The position numbers and the translations under genes are program-made. A stretch of DNA of 46,896 nucleotides from Minisyncoccota bacterium. Lineage in GTDB: Bacteria > Patescibacteriota > Minisyncoccia > Phycocordibacterales > Phycocordibacteraceae. This document shows, in pieces, positions 33,964 through 40,827 of the stretch. The first letter of the stretch is position 1; every line of letters begins with the position of its first letter. Below the pieces are notes generated by a model. The model had not been told where the DNA came from. It made no database searches and saw nothing but the letters and a program-made list of their open reading frames with translations. Location: assembly GCA_041674945.1 (NCBI GenBank), contig JBAYUT010000002.1, forward strand, positions 1 to 46,896, given 5' to 3'.

Positions 33964-35567
33964 CACCAGAACTACAGGCCTATGCGGTGCTTATCGTAGC
34001 GTCCTTCAATATCGTGCTTACGGGCATTGTGTTAGCACAGGACTTCCGCGATCGCACCAATGTGGCTTTTGCCATGCTTACGCTCTCTGCGGCGCTCTGG
34101 GGCTTCGGTACAGGTATCTTTCTCATTATTGCCCCTGAGCACGTGACGATGCTTGAGTTTGCAGGGCGCTTCAACTACTTCTTTGGTGGCTCCATATCGA
34201 CGGCGTTTCTCTACTTCTCACTCGTTTTTGCCGAACAAGCGCCACCGTCGCGCCGGCTCGCCGCTCTTATTTTCTTCCCCACCGTGGTGTTCTTGTTTGT
34301 GTATCCGTTTTCCGACTTCATCATTGCGCGGTCTCTGATCTACCCTGACGGTGTGCGAGGCTTTCTGTACGGCACCTACCACTACTTTTTCGACGTGCAT
34401 ACGTGGTCCTATTTCGCTATTGCTTTTGTGGTCCTCGCGCAGAAGTATCTACGACTAGTCGGCAGGTCCAAGCAGCAGGTCCTGCTCATCCTTACGGGGA
34501 CGGCGCTTACCTTTGCGGTGGCTTCAGTATGTAACATTGTGCTGCCGCACGTCTTCGGGGTCTTCCGCTACATCTGGATCGGCCCCGTGGCGATTATCTT
34601 CTGGATCGGCTTGGTGACGTATGCGGTTGCGCGCCATCAGCTATTCAATATACGTGTCATCGCTGCTGAGCTGCCGATTATTCTCTTGTGGCTCGTTCTC
34701 CTCTTCCGTGCCGCGATTTCTCAAGGGACGACACTCTTCGTTATTAATGTGGTATTTCTCGTCATTGTGCTTATCTTGGGCGTATTTTTCATCCGAAGCG
34801 TCATCAGTGAGGTGCAACTACGCGAGCTGATTGATCGTCAGGAGCGGGAACTTGCGCTGGTAAACGGCCAGCAAGAGTCTTTGCTCGATTTCATTAGCCA
34901 TGAGGTGAAGAGTTATTTTGGCAAGATTAAAGCCGCCTTTGCCGGTATAGGAGAGGGAGATTATGGTCCGCCCACGCCGTCGCTCAAAGAGATCGCGGCG
35001 CGCGGGCTTGTGGATGTCCGGACCGGCATGGCCATGGTGGTGAGTATCCTCGACGCGGCGAACCTCAAGCAAGGCTCGGTGAGTTACAAGAGGGCTCCGT
35101 TTGACCTAGCGGCAACTCTCCGTTCTGTAGTTGCAGAGCTCCGCCCCGCGGCCGAGGAGCGTGGACTAGCGCTCAATATTGAGGGTGACCTGACCAAAGC
35201 CTGTGAAGTGGTGGGAGATGAAGACATGCTGCGCAAGCACGTGCTCCGTAACCTCATAGATAACGCCATACGCTACACAATTTCCGGATCGGTAACGGTC
35301 TCGCTCCGCAACAAGACGACCTATGTAGAACTGGTCGTTGCTGACACGGGCGTCGGCATCACTCCTGAAGACATGGGGCACCTCTTCACCGAAGGCGGGC
35401 ACGGAAAGGATTCGATCAAGGTCAACGTGCACTCGACCGGATACGGCCTCTTTATTGCCAAGCAGGTAACTGAGGCGCAAGGCGGCACGATCCGAGCTGA
35501 GTCGTCGGGTGCGGGCAAGGGGTCCCGATTTGTGGTGGAGCTGCCGCTCACCTCGACTACTCACTGA
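33960..35567 (+). CDS. sensor histidine kinase, 7TM-type (HK3), close paralogue of HK2
   Basis: H-box ESLLDFISHEVKSY, plus NLIDNAIRYT, DTGVGIT and GYGLFIAK. ATGA overlap with HK2. Confidence 0.85.
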   Translation: MTPELQAYAVLIVASFNIVLTGIVLAQDFRDRTNVAFAMLTLSAALWGFGTGIFLIIAPEHVTMLEFAGRFNYFFGGSISTAFLYFSLVFAEQAPPSRRLAALIFFPTVVFLFVYPFSDFIIARSLIYPDGVRGFLYGTYHYFFDVHTWSYFAIAFVVLAQKYLRLVGRSKQQVLLILTGTALTFAVASVCNIVLPHVFGVFRYIWIGPVAIIFWIGLVTYAVARHQLFNIRVIAAELPIILLWLVLLFRAAISQGTTLFVINVVFLVIVLILGVFFIRSVISEVQLRELIDRQERELALVNGQQESLLDFISHEVKSYFGKIKAAFAGIGEGDYGPPTPSLKEIAARGLVDVRTGMAMVVSILDAANLKQGSVSYKRAPFDLAATLRSVVAELRPAAEERGLALNIEGDLTKACEVVGDEDMLRKHVLRNLIDNAIRYTISGSVTVSLRNKTTYVELVVADTGVGITPEDMGHLFTEGGHGKDSIKVNVHSTGYGLFIAKQVTEAQGGTIRAESSGAGKGSRFVVELPLTSTTH

Positions 35568-35586
35568 CGAGTAGATACAGAGAAAC

Positions 35587-35615
35587 CCTGTGCGACGAGA
35601 GACCTGCCGCACAGG
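35587..35615. terminator. hairpin between convergent genes (terminator-like)
   Basis: CCTGTGCG-13 nt-CGCACAGG with pyrimidine-rich flanks. Confidence 0.45.
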
Positions 35616-35647
35616 CTTCTCTTGTCGTACAGGGTACTTGTTGCTCC

Positions 35648-35878
35648 TCACCATGAGATATGGTCGCTCGCCACGAGATCTCCAAACGCCTCACGCTCCT
35701 GCTGCGTCCACTCGGGCGTCGGCGGCAGACCCGCATTCAGTCGATCAGGGTGCGTGGTCGGCATCGCAGGGCTGGGGGAGGCGCTGTACAGAGCCGGCAG
35801 TGCCTCGGAGCCCACCAGGACGCCCGCGAAGATCATGCACAGAAGGAGCACTTTAGTCACCGTAAGTTCCTGGCTCAT
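35648..35878 (-). CDS. small secreted/membrane-anchored hypothetical protein (76 aa)
   Basis: GGAGGA Shine-Dalgarno 7 nt upstream of the ATG. Signal-like VLLLCMIFAGVLVGSEA. Confidence 0.45.
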   Translation of the reverse strand: MSQELTVTKVLLLCMIFAGVLVGSEALPALYSASPSPAMPTTHPDRLNAGLPPTPEWTQQEREAFGDLVASDHISW

Positions 35879-36003
35879 GAGTCTATCCTCCAGCCCAGCT
35901 GATTGCTCGATGCGTGACCCATGCCACGACTAATACGAGCGGTCTGAATGCGAAGATAGCACTCTGTACCGAAAGTGCCAGGTCTACGTGTGTATAACTG
36001 GCG

Positions 36004-36897
36004 TTAGTCGAAAATGTTAACTAAGTAGGTATCAATAGTGCGCTGATCCAGTTCGTAGAAGTTCTTCTTTTGATTGTGGAGGTCGGTGGCGAGCTTCACA
36101 CCCACAAAGCGCCAGTGCCACGGTTCGAATATGTAGTAGGCATTCTTTTGCGGGTAGGACAACACGAAGCCGTAGCGGTGTGCGTTTGCCACGACCCATG
36201 CGTAGGCAGGCGTCTTGTCAAAGCCGCTCAGCTGCCCATTGGTGCCCTTGGTAATGAGGTCCACGGTGGTGCCGAGCTGGTGCTCTGAGTACCCTTGGTC
36301 AGCCGAGAAGGTGTTTGCGGTACCAGGGCCGTACGTGATTGCGTATTGCCCCTTGAGGGCCTCCTGCGTGTTGAAAGAGCGGTACGCAGAATGAGCGTAG
36401 AGCGCGACCTCCTCCTCTCTCGCCTGGTCGAGCATTTTTTGGAGATAGGAGAGCACCTCTGGGACAAGCTGCAACCGCTTCTTCTCGTCGTACTGATACT
36501 CTGGTGGCATGACAGCGAGACGTGCCGGCGCGTAGTTCTCGCTTAGGAAGAAGACCTTCGAATACTTTGCGAGAAGCTCCGGGTCGGTCTTGGAAAGCTT
36601 CTGCAGGTTGGTCACTGTACCGTTGATAGACCCTACCTGGTCCTTGACGCCGCCAAGCTGGTACTGCACGTTCTGCCGTTCCTGCTTGATAGCGGCACCG
36701 AGGGTCGTGGTGGCCTCCGTAATGTTGGTTTGCAAAAGCGCCGTGGCAGAGGTCAGTTCTGCCACCTGGGTGGAGAGTGCTGCGATGCGCGTGTAGCCGT
36801 ACCAGGACACTCCGGCGAGGAGAATCACGAGCGCAATGAGGAACCCTGCAGTAATTTTATACCCACGAGTTATGTGTCGAAAGAAAGCGTCGTCCAT
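36004..36897 (-). CDS. D-alanyl-D-alanine carboxypeptidase (VanY / peptidase M15B-like), membrane anchored
   Basis: SAYRSFNTQ, SEHQLGTTVDL and EPWHWRF zinc-peptidase motifs. N-terminal TM helix plus coiled region. Confidence 0.8.
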   Translation of the reverse strand: MDDAFFRHITRGYKITAGFLIALVILLAGVSWYGYTRIAALSTQVAELTSATALLQTNITEATTTLGAAIKQERQNVQYQLGGVKDQVGSINGTVTNLQKLSKTDPELLAKYSKVFFLSENYAPARLAVMPPEYQYDEKKRLQLVPEVLSYLQKMLDQAREEEVALYAHSAYRSFNTQEALKGQYAITYGPGTANTFSADQGYSEHQLGTTVDLITKGTNGQLSGFDKTPAYAWVVANAHRYGFVLSYPQKNAYYIFEPWHWRFVGVKLATDLHNQKKNFYELDQRTIDTYLVNIFD

Positions 36898-37024
36898 AGA
36901 AGGGCAGTATACCCCAGGTGGTCATCTCCGCATAAAACAAGAAGGGCCGGTCGCTACAGTAAACGGCTGGCAACACGCTTTTACGCTACGTAAGACTAGG
37001 AGTCATTTGCCTGACATAGCGTGC

Positions 37025-37077
37025 CTAGAGAAAAGAGAGGACCCCGTGGAGAGGTCCACAGGGACCTCTCCACGGGG
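37025..37077 (-). terminator. intrinsic terminator with a perfect 16-bp stem
   Basis: CCCCGTGGAGAGGTCC-acag-GGACCTCTCCACGGGG. On the minus strand it is followed by TCCTCTCTTTTCTCT. Confidence 0.6.
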
Positions 37078-37080
37078 TGT

Positions 37081-37275
37081 TCAGGCATGACTCTTGTCTT
37101 CATGCGTGAGCCAGTCGTGCAGACCTTTCCGCACATGGTGGCGCACGATGATGGCAACGCCAAGGCCATCAAGCACGAGGCCGAATGTGATGCTGAGTTT
37201 CGGCGCAAGTGCGCTGACTATTCGCTCAATGGCGGGGTATCGCCTCGGGGGCGGGAACTCGCCGTCCTTTTCCAT
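37081..37275 (-). CDS. possible small membrane protein (64 aa)
   Basis: The ORF ends 4 nt before the strong minus-strand terminator. One hydrophobic segment (LSITFGLVLDGLGVAIIV). No Shine-Dalgarno checked, so the call is weak. Confidence 0.3.
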   Translation of the reverse strand: MEKDGEFPPPRRYPAIERIVSALAPKLSITFGLVLDGLGVAIIVRHHVRKGLHDWLTHEDKSHA

Positions 37276-37420
37276 GGGGCACCTCCACGCTGGGTTTGGG
37301 GCCTGACATCAGTCCACCTTTAGTGTACTCCTCGGAAGGCTGCGTGCCTGGTTATCCACTGCACCGGTTTGAGCAGTCTACAGACGCCCTTTGGTCGGAG
37401 TGAGCTATACTTATGTGCAT

Positions 37421-37822
37421 ATGCTTAAAGAATTCAAACAATTTTTACTTCGGGGGAACGCGGTAGATTTGGCTGTGGGTCTGGTCATTGGCGCGGCCTT
37501 TACTTCAGTGGTGAACGCGCTTGTCGCTGACCTGCTCACTCCGTTTATTGCTGCGGTGGCGCAGGTGCCAGACTTCTCTAACCTCGCCTTTACGCTCAAC
37601 GGGAGCGTGATTACGTATGGCAAGGTTCTGAATGCGCTCATCTCCTTTGTGCTGGTGGCGGCAGCGATATTCTTCTTCGTGGTTAAGCCTATGAACCTGC
37701 TCATAGCACGTACGCGCAAAGGGGCGCCCATCGACCCTACGACTAAGAAGTGCCCGGAGTGTGAGAGTGAGATTCCGCTCTCGGCGAAGCGTTGCTCACA
37801 CTGCACGCAGGTGGTCGCGTAG
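37421..37822 (+). CDS. mscL: large-conductance mechanosensitive channel with C-terminal CxxC...CxxC zinc-ribbon tail
   Basis: MLKEFKQFLLRGNAVDLAVGLVIGAAF is the canonical MscL N-terminus. The tail reads KKCPECESEIPLSAKRCSHCTQ. Confidence 0.85.
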   Translation: MLKEFKQFLLRGNAVDLAVGLVIGAAFTSVVNALVADLLTPFIAAVAQVPDFSNLAFTLNGSVITYGKVLNALISFVLVAAAIFFFVVKPMNLLIARTRKGAPIDPTTKKCPECESEIPLSAKRCSHCTQVVA

Positions 37823-37828
37823 CGGGCC

Positions 37829-38386
37829 ATGCAGGAGGCACAGTGGCTTCGTGAGGGTAAGGTGGGTGTGCTTGCCACCGACACACTCTACGGCCTCGTC
37901 GCCGCTGCGGCGCAAGAGCAGGCGGTGCGGCGCGTGTACGAGCTAAAAAAGCGCACACCAACGAAACCCTGCATTATCCTCATTTCTTCGTTCGATGATT
38001 TACAGGCTTTTGATATTGAGCTCCAGCCATCGCGCAGAGCCGTACTCGCACGATACTGGCCAGGGCCCACAAGTATCGTCATGCCATGCGGGCCGTCGGT
38101 GCCCGAATATTTACATCCAGGTACGCGCACGCTCGCATTTAGGATGCCACACGATGCAGCGTTACTGACGCTACTGAGTGAGTCGGGTCCGCTTGTCGCC
38201 CCAAGTGCGAACCCGGAAGGGGAGTTGCCAGCCAGAACGATCGAAGAGGCACGGAGGTATTTTGGAGACAAGATCGACTTCTATCTAGAGGGTGGCGAGC
38301 GTGTGGGCGAGCCATCAACGCTTATCGCGCTTACGGATAAGAACGAGATGACGACAGTGCGAAAAGGCCGGCAGGCAACACATTGA
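37829..38386 (+). CDS. tsaC: L-threonylcarbamoyladenylate synthase (YrdC/Sua5-type)
   Basis: GVLATDTLYGLVA, KKRTPTKP and VAPSANPEG motifs. Confidence 0.85.
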   Translation: MQEAQWLREGKVGVLATDTLYGLVAAAAQEQAVRRVYELKKRTPTKPCIILISSFDDLQAFDIELQPSRRAVLARYWPGPTSIVMPCGPSVPEYLHPGTRTLAFRMPHDAALLTLLSESGPLVAPSANPEGELPARTIEEARRYFGDKIDFYLEGGERVGEPSTLIALTDKNEMTTVRKGRQATH

Positions 38387-38389
38387 AAA

Positions 38390-38438
38390 GGCACCTCCCG
38401 CACGCATGGCCGTTTGGCTATGCAGGCGGAGAAGTGCC
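38390..38438. terminator. imperfect long hairpin between convergent genes
   Basis: GGCAC CTCC ... GCATGGCC-gttt-GGCTATGC ... GGAG aa GTGCC. Confidence 0.35.
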
Positions 38439-38453
38439 TGTGCGCAGCGTCCA

Positions 38454-38789
38454 CTAGGGTACGAAGCGCATGGAGCGGTCGGCATGGAGGGTGAGCTGGT
38501 GACACTGAGTTACCCTCCGCCAGATAAAGGGCCAGACCACCCAGTGCCAGCAGTACGCGTCGCGCTCGTCATGCCGTAGCACGTTTCCAGTGCGTCGAGC
38601 GAGCGGACTCAGCGGCTCGGCGCTTTCTGCCTGAGCGACCCACCCGATCACGGGATTATTGCTGAGCGTGACGCCCCGTGCGAGCACGCCAGGGTAGGCG
38701 TGGCCAGCGCTCATTGGCTCGTGCTCCTCCCGAACGAGCCAGTGGCGCCCGCGGTGGCGGCCCCACGGATTGAAACAGATGATTTTCAT
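38454..38789 (-). CDS. hypothetical Trp-rich protein (111 aa)
   Basis: GGGGAGGA Shine-Dalgarno before the ATG. Has its own TTGACA-17-TAGATT promoter. No family recognised. Confidence 0.45.
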   Translation of the reverse strand: MKIICFNPWGRHRGRHWLVREEHEPMSAGHAYPGVLARGVTLSNNPVIGWVAQAESAEPLSPLARRTGNVLRHDERDAYCWHWVVWPFIWRRVTQCHQLTLHADRSMRFVP

Positions 38790-38807
38790 GTGTGGTCCTC
38801 CCCGCGC

Positions 38808-38836
38808 AATCTAGCGGGTGCGTCTAGATGTGTCAA
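38808..38836 (-). promoter_or_regulatory. sigma70 promoter TTGACA-17-TAGATT
   Basis: Minus strand: TTGACA at 38836..38831 and TAGATT at 38813..38808. Confidence 0.5.
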
Positions 38837-38880
38837 AGGCCATGCTTGCGCGCGAGCGCGGCGTTGAGCACAAACGGCAC

Positions 38881-38908
38881 TTGACGAAGCGTCATAAACG
38901 TGTATAGT
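38881..38908 (+). promoter_or_regulatory. sigma70 promoter TTGACG-16-TATAGT with no ORF downstream
   Basis: TTGACG at 38881..38886 and TATAGT at 38903..38908. Lies back-to-back with the minus-strand promoter. Confidence 0.5.
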
Positions 38909-38915
38909 TAAACAA

Positions 38916-39146
38916 AGGTGGCTTCGCTAGGTCATCTCTTCGGGGGCTGGGTGGTTCCGGTTTGCCATACCATTGTCCTTCCCACCCAGCCTCCGTTGTT
39001 CTTGTCTTCCGCTGATGCGGGACGTACGTATTGATAGGGCGCGGCAAACCAAGGATCTGCGTTAGCGCGCACGCCTTCCTTAAGCCGTCCCGAACCGCTC
39101 GTGTCGACCAGTATGGACTGGGGCACGGGCGGTCAATTTTTTATAC
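38916..39146 (+). ncRNA. candidate structured non-coding RNA (~230 nt), family unknown
   Basis: Bounded by the promoter at 38881 and the terminator at 39095..39146. Has a 14-bp hairpin (38941-54 with 38982-95), loop-to-downstream 8-nt complementarity (38959-66 with 39043-50) and a closing helix (38917-24 with 39082-89). No plausible plus-strand ORF. Confidence 0.3.
39095..39146 (+). terminator. intrinsic terminator
   Basis: CCGCTCGTG ... CCAGT-atgg-ACTGG ... CACGGGCGG, followed by TCAATTTTTT. Confidence 0.55.
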
Positions 39147-39161
39147 GCGACAACATACTTG

Positions 39162-39422
39162 CTAGCGAAGGACAGCTACCAAATTTTTAGAGGATGCAAG
39201 GGGGCGTATCACCACCAATCGGCGCTTCCATGCCTTGAGAAACTTCTCTGTCGAGACATGCAAGTGGCCAGACTTTGCCGCAGGATCATTGTAGTACACC
39301 TCGCCATCTTTTATTGATTCTACGACAAGTAGGTGGGGAATCCTGCTTGTAGGATCGAGCCTGTAGTGGACAGAGGCTATTACGGGACCGCTTTTAGAGG
39401 GCCCGGCTCGTGAGAGGCAGCA
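39162..39422 (-). pseudogene. start-less relic of the C-terminal half of a papain-like (C39-like) cysteine peptidase
   Basis: 86 open codons in the same frame as the upstream SET gene, immediately after its TAG. It reads ...RIPHLLVVESIKDGEVYYNDPAAKSGHLHVSTEKFLKAWKRRLVVIRP, which fits the H-x-vvv-x-G-x-d-x-vyv-NDP pattern. No start codon and no catalytic-Cys half. Confidence 0.4.
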
Positions 39423-39833
39423 CTACGCGGAGCACTTAGCGCAACGACATCCGACTGGCTTAATGTGTCTGTCAAAATATTCCTTTCCATAGTCATAAGT
39501 GAGTTCGGTGCCAGCGGGGATGCGCTTGCGAGAAAAGATAAACACGCGGCCTCGCGGGCCAACAGCTTCGCAGTTGCCCGCGCATGAGTGGTTGATGTAG
39601 CGGGCAATGTTCGAGGGGATGTTGCCGTCGATGGTCTTATTCTTGCCAATCTCAAAAAGGTACTTGCCCGAGTCGCGTATAGCCACCTCCTCGCTGACGG
39701 GCTTGCCAATATACTCAACAATACAAACCCCTTTGGGAATATTATCCTCGGTAAAGAGGCCCTTACCGGCCTTAGACCTCCGCACCCGTAGCTTGTAGCC
39801 GCCAGGAGTATATTTCGATCGTCGCGTTGCCAT
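39423..39833 (-). CDS. SET-domain protein-lysine methyltransferase-like protein (136 aa) with post-SET Cys cluster
   Basis: GKGLFT, YINHSCAGN, ELTYDYG and a C-terminal CRCAKCS. Confidence 0.8.
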   Translation of the reverse strand: MATRRSKYTPGGYKLRVRRSKAGKGLFTEDNIPKGVCIVEYIGKPVSEEVAIRDSGKYLFEIGKNKTIDGNIPSNIARYINHSCAGNCEAVGPRGRVFIFSRKRIPAGTELTYDYGKEYFDRHIKPVGCRCAKCSA

Positions 39834-40168
39834 GTTCTGTCATCATGCCATGGGGCACGAGATTGGTACATGGACGGGAGGCTACCTTCGCAGTGCGGGC
39901 TTGCGTTGTAACCTTTTGGCTCACGCGAGAGTTTTACAAAGCAGGAAGGGGATTGAGCGGTGCTTGAGTGGCGTGCGTTGGATTAGAGTCGTTTTTAGCT
40001 TTCGCTATAACAGTCTTTTTCAACCTCGCCCCTCATCACCCCCTTGTTCTCTCTCAACCCCTTCTTCCTGTTCTTTACGGTGGGTACGTTCATCGTAACA
40101 ACCCACCACTCCTGTCTTCCTCATCTCTCCATCCTTCCGCTCTTTTCTTTCTTCTTCCACTCTTCCCG

Positions 40169-40200
40169 CCTACGCACCATGCATGCGTAGGTCTTTTTTT
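40169..40200 (+). terminator. intrinsic terminator oriented on the plus strand
   Basis: CCTACGCA-ccatgca-TGCGTAGG, followed by TCTTTTTTT. Confidence 0.55.
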
Positions 40201-40212
40201 CGATTAGGTCGC

Positions 40213-40743
40213 TCAGTCGCCGCAGTTGATGCAGTGCCCCGGATGATTAAGGGGTTTGTTAATGTGAGATCGGCAAGCCCCAGAGATGCAGTAGTACACG
40301 CTACTGAAGTAATCGAAGTCCTGTGCCCAGTCCGAGCCAGGGAACCGGCACTGAGCAGGCTGATTGACGGGGCAGAAGCGAATACTGATTTGATAGATCC
40401 TCTCGCCCGAGATAGGGTCGATCCAGTTCTCCCAATCGAACACGCTGCCGGGCCAGGCGGCGTCGGGCCACACACCAGGAGCCAGATACTGCTCGAGGCC
40501 AGGAGGTATGTCGCGGTCGGCATCGGGAGGGAAGTTGCCGCCATGGTCGTTCTTGTACATCTCGAGTGACTCGTTGATGCTGTGCAGCTCTGTTGCTGCC
40601 CGCGCGACATAGGCCTTGTCGAGGCCATTTTTGATAGAAGGGAGCACGTAGCGCGCGAGAATGCCGATGATAGCAACGACAATAAGGACCTCAATAAGGG
40701 TGAATCCATGCGGGATTACCTTGCCTCCGCGCCATTGCTGCAT
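40213..40743 (-). CDS. type IV pilin / pseudopilin-like protein (prepilin N-terminal methylation motif)
   Basis: GFTLIEVLIVVAIIGILA after a short basic leader. TGcTACTCT lies 6 nt upstream of ATG 40743. C-terminal Cys pairs. Confidence 0.75.
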   Translation of the reverse strand: MQQWRGGKVIPHGFTLIEVLIVVAIIGILARYVLPSIKNGLDKAYVARAATELHSINESLEMYKNDHGGNFPPDADRDIPPGLEQYLAPGVWPDAAWPGSVFDWENWIDPISGERIYQISIRFCPVNQPAQCRFPGSDWAQDFDYFSSVYYCISGACRSHINKPLNHPGHCINCGD

Positions 40744-40749
40744 AGCTAC

Positions 40750-40758
40750 AGAGTAGCA
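40750..40758 (-). promoter_or_regulatory. extended -10 box TGcTACTCT, 6 nt upstream of ATG 40743
   Basis: Read on the minus strand from 40758 to 40750. Confidence 0.4.
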
Positions 40759-40827
40759 CCACCAACCAAAAAGAATGGCCGCCCTCGTCGTAGGACGAGG
40801 GCGGCCAGGCCGCATGCGCGCCGTGCG

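Noticed and set aside
38932-39126. Minus-strand 64-aa ORF inside the candidate ncRNA region.
   Set aside because: It has a GTG start and no Shine-Dalgarno or -10 box. It lies between two outward-facing promoters and coincides with the strongly self-complementary segment. It is kept only as an alternative explanation.
38916-39146. Assignment of the candidate ncRNA to RNase P RNA, SRP/4.5S RNA, tmRNA or 6S RNA.
   Set aside because: I found no GAGGAAAGTCC / ACAGAA..CGGCTTA (RNase P), no GGAA-tetraloop helix-8 motif with AGCAGC (SRP), and no tRNA-like end. The length is wrong for RNase P or tmRNA. The family is left as unknown.
39380-39871. Minus-strand 163-aa ORF overlapping the SET gene in another frame.
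   Set aside because: The SET frame carries canonical motifs. The overlapping frame is Arg/Ala/Ser-rich with no motif.
39832-40207. Plus-strand ORFs 39832..40098 and 39968..40207.
   Set aside because: Their Ser/Pro/Leu low-complexity products derive from the pyrimidine-rich tract, and they have no translation signals.
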